This document shows positions 48,995 through 62,352 of a stretch of 64,000 nt of DNA, piece after piece. The position numbers and the translations under genes were made by a program. How positions within the stretch are numbered: the stretch's first letter is position 1; each line of letters begins with the position of its first letter. The notes beneath the pieces are model-generated. The model did not search any database. It was not told the origin of the DNA and saw only the letters and a program-made list of their open reading frames with translations. Location of the stretch: positions 29,514,001 to 29,578,000 of the forward strand of contig NW_024704742.1 in assembly GCF_018977255.1 (NCBI RefSeq), given 5' to 3'. Source of the stretch: Callorhinchus milii (taxonomy: Eukaryota).

Positions 48995-49468
48995 TACATA
49001 TACATGGATGCAATAGAATCGATAGCGATTCCATTGGGAAGTGGGCTGACCCTCTACACAACTCCAACTATTTCAAAGTTATATCTTTCTTTTATATGTT
49101 TTTAACTCCATCTCCCCTTGACACAGAGATAGCCCCCACCCTTCACAGGCTGCTTTGTACAGAGAGAGATAGGGACAACTTCTGGGCAGCCTTCCACAGC
49201 CTGCTTTGTTTCTCAACCTTTGTGATAGGCAGGTGTCTGAGGCTGTAGCCTTTTCTTTCTGTGGTCCACTGTTCTTACATCTATGCTCAAGGACCTGATT
49301 CCTCATTATCTCAGAGGAGTGAACATCTTCCCAGGAAAATATGAAATGTAATCAGAAGCTAACCTCAACCTATCCAGCAAAGCACTTTTAACCATTTAAC
49401 TATCAACCTTCTTGAACATTTGGTTGCTCCTATCAATATATCCCGAGGTAACAGTCAGTATATTTCAA
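48995..49468 (+). repeat. Direct repeat, copy 2 (upstream of copy B)
   Basis: Matches 44291-44766, including agtcagtatatttcaa (the antisense EIY-stop of copy B). Confidence 0.85.
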
Positions 49469-50678
49469 AACACTTTTCAGTATAATTGTGAAGCACTTTG
49501 CAATGTCCTCCTGATGTGTAAGGTGCTAAACCAAATGTACGGATTGTTAGTATTATTAAAAACTGAAGATTCACGTCTTGTGTCTTCTTACAATGCTAAT
49601 TTCCATCTGAGCAACACCTTTCAGGTTGTGAGGAAATCCCAAAGTGCCTGACCCTGCTGCCTGGGTAGCTGAGTGGGGTAGGAGCCAAGGAAGTATGAGC
49701 AGGACAAAGATAACCAAAAGAGGTATGACTTGGGATGGACCTTGAACGAGTTGAGGGAAGGCACACGTCAGATAGCCTTTGTGATGGAGTTGCAGAGAAC
49801 AGCGGAAGAATGTTGAAAGCCCATCCGCCAATGGTGAGCAGACAGGGTGAGGGACGTGAAGAAAGTTAGTGCACGATCCAATTTAAAATGGGGAGCTTGT
49901 GGAGCTGAGGGAGGATGGGAAAGGCTTGTGGACTACTCGTGTCTACTGACATTAGGCTGACTGGCCTGTAGTTCCTGGGTTTATCGTTCTCGCCCTTTTT
50001 TGTACAGGGGAGTAACATTTGCAACCCTCCAGATTAACAGATTACCTGTGGAATTGAAATCAAACTCAGCATTACTGGCACTGAAAGCCAATAGTGACGA
50101 CATCAATAGTGATGTCAACCGGAATTAAAACTAGTTGTGGCATAGTACAGATATATAATTGTGCAATTTAAACAGCGAGAAATGTCACTTGGAAAAAGAA
50201 TGTGTAGTATGTACTCAGAATTTTCATGAATTCAGGTCGCCAATTCTTTCAACACATCAACTCTAACATCAGAAGTCATGGAGAAGATTATCATGGAGTG
50301 GGATCATCAAGTTTCTTCCGGTGCCTGACCAACAATCCACCAAATAAAATTGGCCAATAGTTTCATGTCTATTTGTGGGACATTGCTGTGCACTATGTTG
50401 CTGTGGCATTTGCCTAAATAAACAGTCACTTCATTTCACAGTAAATCCCTGTGAAGCGCCTTGAGCTTCTGATGTGATAAGGCGCTACAGCAAATGCAAG
50501 GGTTATTATTATTAAGAATGTGATGGAGGTTGTTGATATAATGAAGAAACCACTTGAACTGATGAAAAAGGACAAATAATTATCCCATCAGCTGAAGCAC
50601 TTGAGAGGAGGGCATTTAGAGGACCACATACTTAGAAGGCTTCAGGGATCCTGAAGATGATCACAAGATCCTGAAGAT

Positions 50679-50998
50679 GTGGAGTCCTGTAGCTCAGTGG
50701 TTAGAGCACTCGCTTTGCAAGCGAGAGGCCTGAGTTCAATTCCAGGCAGAGGGCGAAACCTTGGGCAAGTTTCCTTACTCCACACAGAGCCTAATAATAA
50801 TCCCTCCAAAACCAAAAACAATAATAAAAAAAATTGGTCATTTTCAATCTACGACTGTTTGCGGAACATTGCTGTGCCAATTGGCTGCCGCGCCAAATAT
50901 ACAGTCAATTCACTTTACAGTGTGTTCTGTGAAGCGCTTTGGGACGTCCTCCAGACGTGAAAAGCGCTATATCAAATGCAAGGATTATTATTATTATT
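50679..50998 (+). mobile_element. tRNA-headed SINE
   Basis: Full head-core-tail copy. Confidence 0.9.
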
Positions 50999-52645
50999 AA
51001 AAGAAATACCAATGTGTTTAGGGGCTGGGTTCCAGAGATATGGAACAGTTAAGCAAGGGCTTCACTGACAACCATGCTTGAGATCAGGAATTAGATTATA
51101 ATATTCCCAAATTAATACTTTCATTAGCAAAATTGAGCAATGCCTTGTTCACATTAATAGCCAGAGTCAAGGATGAAAACTAATTTCAGAACAAGAATGG
51201 GGAAAAATTGCCCCTTTCACTCAAAAGTTGTTTTTCCTGATAACAACAAATGGTCAGATCAGCCATTATACAGCAAACTAGTCTCCCACTATTCGATGGT
51301 ATACATAAAGGTAAACGCACCTTTTTAAAGCTTTAAACAGTATTTTAAATGAGTTCAGTGTCCTCTCTCTGGAATGCTTCCTGGCAACCTCTTCCAGTCA
51401 TTGAATACTGTGTGCATCAAAAAAAAATTCTGGTACCTGTCCTGAAATTGTCCTTTACTACTCTAAACTGTTGTCCTTTTTTTATTGTCTTGATGCATCC
51501 TAAAGTAATGTTCTTGGTTTACATTTTAATCTGATATAAACATGTGTACACCTCTATGAGATCACCTCTGAGACTTCATCTCTCAAGACTGAGCATCTGT
51601 ATATCTATCTGGTTTGGTGATACTCTTAAACATTTAAACATGTTTCCGCACGTGTCAGACACCCGACTGAACAAAAAACAGCAAACCTGTATGATCAATA
51701 TTTTGGTCATTGAAGAGGTGTTGAGGGAGATTCCAAGATGCCAACTATTCGTTCTATTGCCTCCAACAGAGAGGTCATCACATCTATAAATAGGATTTCA
51801 TTGCTTCAACTATGTTGAACAGGTGCGTCGTGTCAAAAGAGTATGGGAGGAAAGAGTCCCTTGTGTGCTTAGTTGAGAGAAATTTCTAAGACAAGCTGCT
51901 TCTCGATACACAGACACTCCAAGAGATAGATATGTGTGTATGAAAGTTGAAATGAATGAATGTATCACTCAAAGGAGCAGGTTCCCCATTCTACCTGCTG
52001 CACAATCCACTTTGACAGTGCCTTGTAGCTTGTTACCAACTAGTTGTACATCAACACTGGAAAAGACAGAATTTAAATAGGAAAACAACATTGCTCTGAA
52101 CCCGACTTGTTAATGAGGAACAATTAAAGGCTTTATTGTATTAATGTGGAGATGTTTGTGTCAAAAAACTTTAGAAGTTATTATGTATTTTTATATAAAA
52201 CATCTTTTATTTCCCCCTCAACATTTCTGTTAACTTCAAATTATTTTGTTAATAGAGAATTGAACAGAATTTAGACCCAATTGTGTTTCTAATCATTAAA
52301 TTCAAGCTAAGCATTTGTAGAATAAAAAGGAACTTTTATAAAATTGTTTAAATACCTGCTGACGACGCACATATCTGTTCATTTTCATTGCCGAACAACA
52401 ACAATGACAAAATTACATTTGTATAGCACCTTTCGTGCCGGGAGGACGTCCCAAAGCGCTGGAGAATCAGTGTTTCATACCAAACTGGGATCGGGATTGG
52501 AGAGGATGGACGGCAGGGGGTGAAGGAGGGTGATCGAAGGCACGGTCAAAGAGGAGAGTCTTGAGACAGGTCTTGAAGGAGGCAAGGGATGGGACGAGGC
52601 AGAGGGACTGTGAGATGGAGATCCAGAGGGTGGGGCAGAGTGGCT

Positions 52646-54293
52646 GAATCCAAAATCAAGGGAATCCGCTCCGCGGTCACTCCCCCTCCAACTCCCACCC
52701 ACCCCCCACACTCCGACTCCTACTCATCCTCCCCTGCACACCTTCGTACCCGTTTCCCCATCCTCTGTCACCAAACTCATCCTGTCCCTGAAACCCACCA
52801 CCTGCTCCCTTGACCCCATCCCCACTCCATCTCTCAGCTCCACCTCCTTGCCCCACATATCACAGACATCATCAACATGTTCCTCTCCTCTGGCTCTGTT
52901 CCCATTCCCCTAAAAACTGCCATCATCACTCCCACTTTGAAAAATCCCTCCCTTGATGCGTCGCAGCTATCAAGCTACCGGCCCATCTCCAACCTCCCCT
53001 TCCTGTCCAAGGTCCTTGAAAGAGTTGTCGCCTCCCAGCTGCGCTCTTTCCTCTCCACCCATTCATTATTCGAACCCCTTCAGTCGGGTTTCCGTGCTGC
53101 CCATAGCACAGAAACTGCCCTGGTCAAGGTCACCAATGACATCCTGACCATCTGTGACCAGGGCTCCCTCTGCCTCCTCGTCCTCCTCGACCTATCGGCA
53201 GCATTCGATACGGTCGACCACGCTATCCTCCTCCACCGCTTGTCCTCCCACCTCAACCTTCAAGGCCCTGTCCTTGAATGGTTTAGGTCGTACCTCTCCC
53301 ACCGTCTTCATTTTGTTTCCACAAATGGCTTTTCCTCCACCCCCAGCACTGTCTCATGCGGTGTCCCTCAGGTCTCTGTCCTCGGTCCCCTCCTCTTCAC
53401 CCTCTATATGCTCCCCCTTGGTGACATCATCCGCAGACATGGGGTTAACTTCCACATGTATGCGGATGACACCCAACTCTACCTTTCCTCCTCTACCCTC
53501 AACTCCACGACCACCGATGTCCTGACAGCCTGCCTGTCCGACATCGAGTCCTGGACGAGAGACAACTTTCTTCAGCTCAACGTGCGCAAAACTGAGGCCC
53601 TCCTGATTGGCTCACGTCAGCGCCTCCGCACCTCAGGCGCTGACAGCATCAGCATCCAAGGCTGCACTCTCCACCTCTCAAAGCCATTAGGAACCTCGGG
53701 GTTTTGTTCGACCCTGAGCTGTCCTTTCTCCCTCATATCCGCGCCACAACTGGCACCGCCTTCCATCACCTCCGGAACATCGCCAGACTACGGCACTACC
53801 TCACCCCTCACGCTGCTGAAACTCTGGTCCACGCCTTTATCACCTCAAGGCTGGACTATGGGAACTCTCTCCTCGCCGGCCTTCCCGCCACCTCCCTCCA
53901 CAAGCTGCAGGTCATTCAGAACTCGTGTACTGTCCCGCACCAGGCTTCGTGGCCACATCACTCCCACCCTCGCTCGCCTCCACTGGCTCCCCATCCCCCA
54001 GAGGATCGAATTCAAGATACTCATCCTCGCCTACAAGGCCATTCACGGCCTTGCTCCCTCCTACCTCTCCGACCTACTATCCCCTATTTACCTGCCCGTA
54101 TCCTCCGTTCCTCTGGCTCCGGTCTGCTCCACAACCCCCTTCCCTACACCCTCCCCTCACCCTCCCTTCCCTCCCCTCACCCTGACCATTTATCCCCTGC
54201 TCAGGTCCTGACCCAACTCTCCAGTGCTTTGGGACATCCTCCCGACGTGAAAGGCGCTCTATAAATGGAGTCTCGTTGTTGTTGTTGTTGTTG
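52646..54293 (+). mobile_element. L2 LINE young copy with RT domain, inserted into an older antisense L2 (52395-52645 and 54295-54695)
   Basis: 444-aa ORF with MYADDTQLY; near-identical to 39420-41278; the flanks join into one antisense L2 fragment. Confidence 0.93.
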
Positions 54294-55279
54294 TGTGGTG
54301 GGGCAGGCGAGGAGGGGGATGTGAAACAGGCCGCAGCCCGTTGAGCGGAGGGTGCAGGCAGGTTGGTAGTGGTGAGCAAAGCCATGGAGGGCTTTGAAGG
54401 TGAGAACCAGGATCTTGAACTGTATCCTCTGTGTGATGGGAAGCCAATGAAGTCGGATAAGGGTAGCGGTGATAGGGTCACGGAATCTGGTGTGGGAGAA
54501 AACATGCACTGTAGAATTCTGGATGATCTGCAGCCTATGGAGGGAGTAGTTGGGAAGGCCGACAAGCAGGGAGTTTGCAGGCCAGCCTGGATGTTATGAA
54601 TGCGTGCACGAGGGTCTCAGCGGCCAGCGGCAGAGCCGGGCATTGTTGCGGTGATGGAGGAAGGCAGAGCGGGTCATGGCACGGATGTGGGGTAGATGAT
54701 AAATGTGTCAGTCTGGATCAATTGGTCACTCTCACCTCGGAGTCAGAAATGTATTTGTTCACCCCAATGTCGGGAATTTAAACTGAGAGTGCAGGCGTAC
54801 ACTCCAATAATATGCTGGAGCAGGACTGCATTGTTAGAGATGACGTTCTTCAGATGAGACGTTAAAACGAGGTCCCATCTGCCTGGTCAGGTGAACGTTG
54901 AGATGAGGCTGCTGAGTTCACCTACAAAAACATTGTCACTCCGCTTCACAGTAAACCGTGTGAATCATGTTTGATGAATCTTTTCAGATCTTGTCTTTAT
55001 TCCCCTTTACCTGCTCAACCAAAAGGGCCGCGGAGTGTATGCTAATTATTCATATCACAGTAGATGAGTACCCCAGATGTGTGTTCACCAGTGTATGGAG
55101 GAGGCACAAGAAAGAAGGAATGAGAGAGAGAAGTGAAAGGGAGAGAGAAAGACAGTCACTCCAGGCCACTATTGTGAAGAATCCCATTGAATGGTTGTAG
55201 AGGAACATTAGCTTCAGCCTCTGCTAGCTGGTGAAGACAAGTACATAATGTCACTACAAAGCTGCAGCACTCCACAAAA

Positions 55280-55716
55280 TAATGATAATAATCTTTGCAT
55301 TTGATATAGCACCTTATCACGTCTTCAAGACTCTCAAAGCACTTCTCAGAATATACAACAACAACAACAAGATTCCATTTATAAAGCGCCTTTCACGTCA
55401 GGAGGACGTCCCTGTAAGGTGAATGGACTGCATATTTTGTGGGCGAAAAGCAGCAGCCAATTGTGCACAGCAGCGTCCCACAAACAGTCATGGATTGAGT
55501 AACTAAATTACTATTGTTTATTTATTTATTGGAAGGGATTATTACCCCTGGAAAAGTGATCGGACAATCGATAAACAACTGGGTTTCTATTTACAGCTAG
55601 GTGAACAGAAGCGTGTGGAGTAAGGAAACTCGGCCAGTGTTTCACCCTATCCAGAATCTAACCCAGGTCCTCCAGTTTGCGAGGCGTGTGCTCTAACTAC
55701 TGAACTACAGGACTCC
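55280..55716 (-). mobile_element. SINE carrying a ~55-bp nested L2 tail (55357-55411)
   Basis: SINE sequence agaatatac|tgtaaggtgaat is split by caacaacaacaagattccatttataaagcgcctttcacgtcaggaggacgtccc. Confidence 0.8.
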
Positions 55717-56449
55717 AGAAACTACATAAACCCTCAAGTGACACAGCCCATTAATAAGAATAANTTTTTTCCTTCACAGTTCAAACTTGCATCTTATACA
55801 TCAAAAATAAACTATAACAAACTATAATACAGAAATCTCTCTTTACGCAGCATAAAGAATATGAAGACATACTCTTCAGACTGAAGTGGAACATTTAAAA
55901 TAAGCTACCCATAAAATACAACCCATCCCAAATCTGTTCTACAAGTTCCAAATGGTTTTGTTTCATTTTGAGTTTTTTGTTCAACTCCAGCCCCCTTTCT
56001 GCTATTGGCAGAATAAAGGAAGTTAGAGTGGATAACAAAAGGTACAATTTTTGTAAGTTCACTTATTTAAGGCTGCCCACTCTTTTTAAAAAAATTAAAA
56101 CTGACTCACAGTGCAGCTTCAAGCAGCATGTTCACTCTTTAAAATGTTTACATATCTAACACACAATATCTTTCACCCCAATAGCTTTAAATCTCTTAAT
56201 TACTGGGCCCTCACCATTAACTGCATGGCACTCGAGTTTTAAGCACCTTATGCACTGTGAAATAAGAGTACAAAAGAACAACTGCTTGAGTTATTGTAGA
56301 TCCGAAAGGCCACAAGAACCTTCCCCCACCCCAGCTGAAGGCACTATTTTTAAAAACAAACTTCACATCATCAAGGTCTGACAGAGGTAACATTTTCTTT
56401 GAATCCTGGTATGAATAGCCAACCAATTTGTCGCCAATATAAGTCGAAT

Positions 56450-59400
56450 TTAAGCGAATCGGATGTAAGGGGGCGGTTTTGTTGAAAACTCTGCTTCCTC
56501 TGAGTCTAAATCCCAGTCCTTGAGCTGAACTGGATCATTCAGAATTCGCTGTTCACTAACACCTGGTTTAAAAAAAACACACAATTATTTATCAACATTA
56601 TGATCAAGGTGCAAAACATGCAAGGCTAGATGTCCCACAAATACTGTACATTATAACACAATTGTGGTGCAGTGAGGGCATGTAACTTACTTGAACAATG
56701 CCAGGCTGCAGAGAAGATGAGGACATATCCTCACTGTACAGACTTACATATGGAAAGGTCCACTAAAATCAGCTACTTGTTTGCAAATAACCTGCCTTTG
56801 CTCACTGTCCTTTGTTTTGGTCAACTGACGCGCGTGGAAACCATCACTATGCTTAAGACTATCCAAACCAGACAGAATTCCACAGATGTATGTCTACTTT
56901 TACATGGAAATTTCCCTGTGTCTGGAACGCAATGTAAATTCTCTCCCTGGAGGGATGCAACCCATTTACCTAATGTGAGAGCATCAGGCGCAAGTTGGCA
57001 AGAGAGAAGACTTGGGCAACCCTAGAATGTGCGTTGGGATAAGACTGGAGTTTAACTAGCAAAAACAACATAGCTTGTCATTGATATTACTGTCTGGGAA
57101 GCTTTCCCGTTACTTGTCCAGCTAGGTCCACCTTACCCGTTAGGGCTTTGGCTTATAATAATACTAATAATAATCCTTGCATTTGATATAGCATTTTTCA
57201 GTGCCTTCTAGATATATCAAACCGCTTCACAGTGAACTGACTGTATATTTGTGGACGAAACGCAGCAGCCAATTGCGCACAGCAGTGTCCCACAAACAGT
57301 CGTGGATTGAAGTGACCAATTTATTATTGTTTTTTTTCTTGAGGGATTATTATCAGGCGTGTGGAGTAAGGAAACTTGCCCAAGGTTTCGCCCTGCTGGG
57401 AATCAAACCCAGGTCTCTCGCTTGCGAGGCGAGTGTCTAACCACTGAGCTACAGGACTCCTGTTAACCTTGCAGACTTGCAGAGTTAACAGGAGCTTAGT
57501 GTGAAGAATCCCTAACCTCAGCAACTGGTTTGCTCCTCCAAGTTCTACCGATGAGCCAGTCTGGCTGGTCTGTCATCAGCAATTCCCTGGAATACTATAA
57601 ATCTGCTTGGCTCAGAACCATACTAGTGAGACTATCGGAGGGTTGACTCAATTCCAATATTCCATTGCCAAGCAAGTCACCTTGGAGCCAGCTCAACACT
57701 AAGGGAACTCCACTTGCCAACCCCGAAGGAGGATAGCAGTGACTGTCACAAAGAATAGACACTGAGGTAACAGGAAACTCTTTGCAGTTATTAAATCATC
57801 TCTAACCTGTCAGAAGTAACTGCATTCAGCAAGAACAAATATTTCTTGAATTGAGTCATGGTTCTTGAATGTTAAAAAGTACCAGAGAAACCTGCAGTTG
57901 CAATTCATAGATTTTCCATAGTTTAGCAAAATGATCGGATGTGTTTGAGCTTTGTGTTTGTATAGAGCAAAAGCACAACTTGAGGAGGAAGTGAAGGAGA
58001 GAGGGGAGAAGCAATTATTTAAAAATGATCTGATGGCTGAAAGCTAGTTAAATGTCAAAGCATCCTGTGGTCAGGTTGTTTCAAGTAAGAAGAGGCAGCA
58101 CAGGTCCTCCCTCTCAGTCAGCACTGATTTACAAATTTCAAGTCATTAAATTGCATTTTTTTGACGACCAGAATACGATACAAAAGAGCTGATCGAGGAT
58201 GAACTGAGCAGTACGTTTGTGACCAAGGGCAGATGGATGGTGTTACTGAGGTGGTCAAAACTAATGTATACCTGCAGTCTGACCCTGTTTTCAGGGCAGA
58301 ATGTGCTATAGTGACTAACAATTTACCTACTGCAACACTCACTGCAGGTTACTTGGAGGGGTTAGCGAATGGCTGATTAAGAGAATTGATTTCCCCATTT
58401 TCCTGAAATAAATAACAGCTTTCTCACCAAATGATACTTGTAAGAAACAACCTCAAATATATATTTTAAAGAGAGTTAACATTTAGCTCCTTTACAAAAC
58501 ATAGATAGAACATTGGTTATGAACTCACCCTGCCAGGTACAGACCAGCTCGATTGCCTGAGGGTGACGTTCCTCAGTCAATAAGGATTGCTGCAAAAGGA
58601 AATTAGCCTTTAGAAATTAGACCAAATGATAATAAATTGGTCATTCAATCCACATGCTGTCTGGAAAATACTGCTGTCTGCAATTGGCTGCCATGTTCCA
58701 CCCACAAAACATACAGTGAATTCACTGTGAAGTGCTTTGAGACGTCTCAAAGACGTGATAAGGCTCTATATCAAATGCAAGGATTATTATTATTATATCA
58801 AATGAAGATTATTATTAGTAGTAGTAGAACTATTCAGTTCTACCTGTACTGCAAATTATACTGCACAAAGGAATCTTTTCTACAGCTCCAGCAAACACTT
58901 TTACTCAAACACTTTATCATTTGTGGTCCTGGCCGCAAATCACCCCTGATATGCGCCACTCCAGCTATAGTGCAATTAGCGCCTCACAATCTTGATAAGC
59001 CAATATTAAAATGATGCTGGGCTCTTTCTCTTTCTTAGGACAGACCAGCAAATGGGTGTGACTCAGTCACAAGTGGTGGTTGGATTGGAGTTTGTAGCCA
59101 GTCATTTCCATGCAGCTGGCTGGCAGCTCTAAAATCAAAGAAATTACTTTATCTGATACTGATAATAATAATAATCCTTGCATATGATATAGCTCCTGTT
59201 GTGTCTTTGAGATGTCTCAAAGCGCTTCACAGAATATATTAATATATTGAATTGACCGTGTATTTGGTGGGCAAAACACAGTAGCTGTGCACATGTATAA
59301 TGAAACCAGCTGCCACACCTTGGTTGGGATCTTATGGATTCCAAACACTACATTATAATTGTATCCAGCTCAAGTCTTTGCCTTGAGGTATAAATGTCAC

Positions 59401-62352
59401 AACACAACTTGGATTCATATGTGGAGTCCTGTAGCTCAGTGCTCAGAGCACTCGCCTTGCAAGCGAGAGACCTGGGTTTGATTCCTGTCTAAATGTTGGG
59501 CAAGTTTCCTTACTTCACATGCCTCTGTTTCCCTAACAGTATGTAGGAACCTGGTTGCTAGTCGATCGGCAGATTACTCTAGGAGTAATAATTCCTTCAA
59601 AAAAAATAATTTGGTGGCTCAATCCACGACTGTTTGTGGGACACTGCTGTGCGCAATGGCTGCGCATTTTGCCCACAAATATACAGTCAATTAATTTTAC
59701 AGTATATTCTATGAAGCACTTTGAGATGTCTAGAAGACGTGAAAAGCGCTACATCAAGTGCAAGGATTATTATATCATTATTATTTTGCGCCTTTCAGGT
59801 AGAATAAGTTCTCGGAGCACTTACACTGCAGGGTGTGTGTGGTGTGGGGGTGGGGGGGGTGATGTTGGGAGAGGAGCAAGAGGGAGGAAAATGAAAACAC
59901 TTGTACATCATGTAGCTTTAAATTGTTTCTCCTATAATAAAGACACTAACTAAATACCCATATGACTTGTAAAACTTAAAAAAACGTTTTCTTCCAGGTT
60001 TCTGACAAAGATTCACAACACCTGAAAAGCTCAGATCATATCTATGCAATTGCCCAATCAACCATGCATCAATCTGCAGGTTGTATCAGCTTCAAACAGC
60101 AGCAGAGAAGTACAATTTACAGTCCTGTGTCTAGGTTTCAGGTCATACTACACAGAGGATTCTACTTGCCATTCCAGTCGTACTATCGTAGCAAGCACAA
60201 TTGGGAAGACTTCGGCATCCAAGGTAAGCTATGACTGTTGCAATCATGAGGCCAAAAACAGAAGAGATTAAAATAGCCATATTTGCTCCTTGAACCAACT
60301 TGCTGAGGATATACTCCTGTAAGACAAAAAGAGCAGCAATTATATTTCTGCTCAAAACGAAACTTCTTTTATTTAATGATGGAAGTGTTGTGTGTACAAT
60401 TTGGATGTTAAACAATGGTTTCCTTTATTATATTTCCACAGTCAATGATTATACAAAGAGCAAAGACTCACTGCCACAAGACCCAAGAATGGAAGCAACC
60501 AGGTTTTCAAGAAATAAGAATTGACCGGTTACCATATTTCCTGGTAGAGCAGCAGGGAGTGGGTCAAATCTGCATCTTACTGTTCCTGACTGAACTCTAT
60601 ATTTTTATGCCTGATTAATTACTGTATAAAGCCCAGACAATCAAACAGTGCATACACATTTTGTTTTTAAAGCTCATAGGTTTGATGCTATAGGGTACCA
60701 GCAGTGTTTAGAGTGCCACCTGTCCATGTGATGTACGTCAACTAAAAAAAGGGTAAGATACAGTCCCACTGGCTTAGTAGGAAAACGCATTGCGTGGTGT
60801 GATTCTGCACCATTCAGACCCACGTTAATTCCTCGCTATGATCGGTTACCTGATCTCAACCAAAAGCTCTGCAATCAGCTTTGGTGTCACCAGGCTGGAG
60901 AGGAGCAGAAGAAAAAAGGAGGGGAAGGAACAAAATGTACAGCAGCAATAAGGTCCAGATACAGGCTTTCAATGAAGATGACTGAGATACTTTATTCACA
61001 ACAGCCTGACTGCTTACATGTGAACAGCTTTGGCAGGTTCTGGCAGGAAAAGGGCAAGACTGCAGGAACAGAAAGTTTACAAATCTTTCAAAGATTAAAT
61101 AAATTGTTTCTATAGCAATGAAGAGTTTAGAGGTGCAAGGCTCAATGACTATTGTTTTTTCCCCCAAAATTTTAAACATTAAACTAGAAAACAATGTTTT
61201 CTCATATGGTAAATTTCAGAAAAAATAACACCAAATTAATTGTCTGTCTGTGTGTATCGGGGAATAGATAGTTTGCGGGATGAACCTTATATTGTTAATG
61301 AAATCGCAAGATCATGAGAGAAGTTCTGATGAAGAAAACCCTTTGGCCCAATTGATCTCATCCTTCCACAATACCCGCCCTACTGTCCAGTGTCCTGGCA
61401 TCAACCATGCTCCCCGGTAACCTGTTCCCATCGTTAAAGAGAGACGCTGTACCAAATCTTGATCAGATTCATCCAAATATTAATACCACTGTATTAATAC
61501 CATTTACCTTTGGCATTTGAAACAAGCAGCAAATTAAATTGGAATGCAAGTTCCACTTGATTGCAAAAGCTTACCGCATGAATGATGTAGCTCGGTTTGT
61601 GCTGAAATACTTCATCATCATCCTCCCCATAGTTCAAAGTCAAAGCAGCATATAGAATCACAATAGTTGTAGTAAACCAGGAAATCACACCTGATCCAAT
61701 CATACTATTCACCTACACACAGATCACAAGCAATATTGATTAAACAGCCCAGAAGTCTGAATAACAAAAGCTACTAACTATTTGTATCAGGTAAAATTAC
61801 TCTTAATCACTTTCACATTTCAATAGAGGGTCAATGAAATACTTAGGTTCAGCTTCAAAATACTGCTGAGGGTAAATGGACTTACGAGAACCGGGTTCCT
61901 TTTCTGTGAAGAAAACAGGGCCAGCACTCCAGGAAGACCCATGAACTGAAAAGCAAACATTTTAATCAGTCGCTGGTGTAGATTCTCTGTGGTGTAGCAG
62001 CACTGTTCTTCTGAATAATAATGTGGTCAGCAACTGTTTGTGGGACACTGCTGTGCGCGGTTGGCTGCCATGTTTCGCCCACAAAATATTCAGTCAATTC
62101 ACTTTACAGTATATTCTGGGAAGCGCTTTGAGACATCTCGAAGACGTGATAAGGCCCTATATCAAATGCAAGGATTATCATCATTACCGTGCCAGCCCAG
62201 ACTGGTGCTCTGGTCCTACTGAGAATGGAATCCTTCCTAAAGGTTGAATCCACGAAGCCGGAGACCACGCACACTGTGGCACAAACTATCTGCAGGATTC
62301 CCAGGACAAACATGCCTCGCTGATTAAAGATGAAATATCTGTAACGGTCCAT
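56450..62352 (-). CDS. Four-transmembrane CD20/MS4A-like uncharacterised membrane protein (227 aa, 6 coding exons)
   Basis: Exons 62352-62188, 61945-61886, 61712-61575, 60316-60170 (GC donor), 58589-58529, 56562-56450; phases consistent, no stops. LGILQI and APVWAG motifs typical of CD20-like proteins, four hydrophobic segments, C-terminal KPPPYIRFA. Confidence 0.85.
57163..57460 (-). mobile_element. tRNA-headed SINE
   Basis: Antisense head-core-tail copy. Confidence 0.85.
59421..59785 (+). mobile_element. tRNA-headed SINE
   Basis: Longer variant with head, core and TTA tail. Confidence 0.85.
62030..62185 (+). mobile_element. SINE 3' half abutting a splice donor
   Basis: Core plus tail ...aaatgcaaggattatcatcatt ends at the exon boundary 62186-62188. 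Confidence 0.8.

Noticed and set aside
44291..49468. LTR retroelement interpretation of the direct repeats
   Set aside because: No TG..CA ends, PBS/PPT, TSD or gag/pol similarity; the repeat contains the gene's own stop codon.
50679..50750. tRNA-like sequences (also at 13306, 29590, 37360-37429 and 59421)
   Set aside because: These are SINE heads followed by SINE body and tail, with no proper acceptor stem; not tRNA genes.
52877..54211. 444-aa RT ORF as an active LINE
   Set aside because: 5'-truncated with no endonuclease domain, and frameshifted near 53685.
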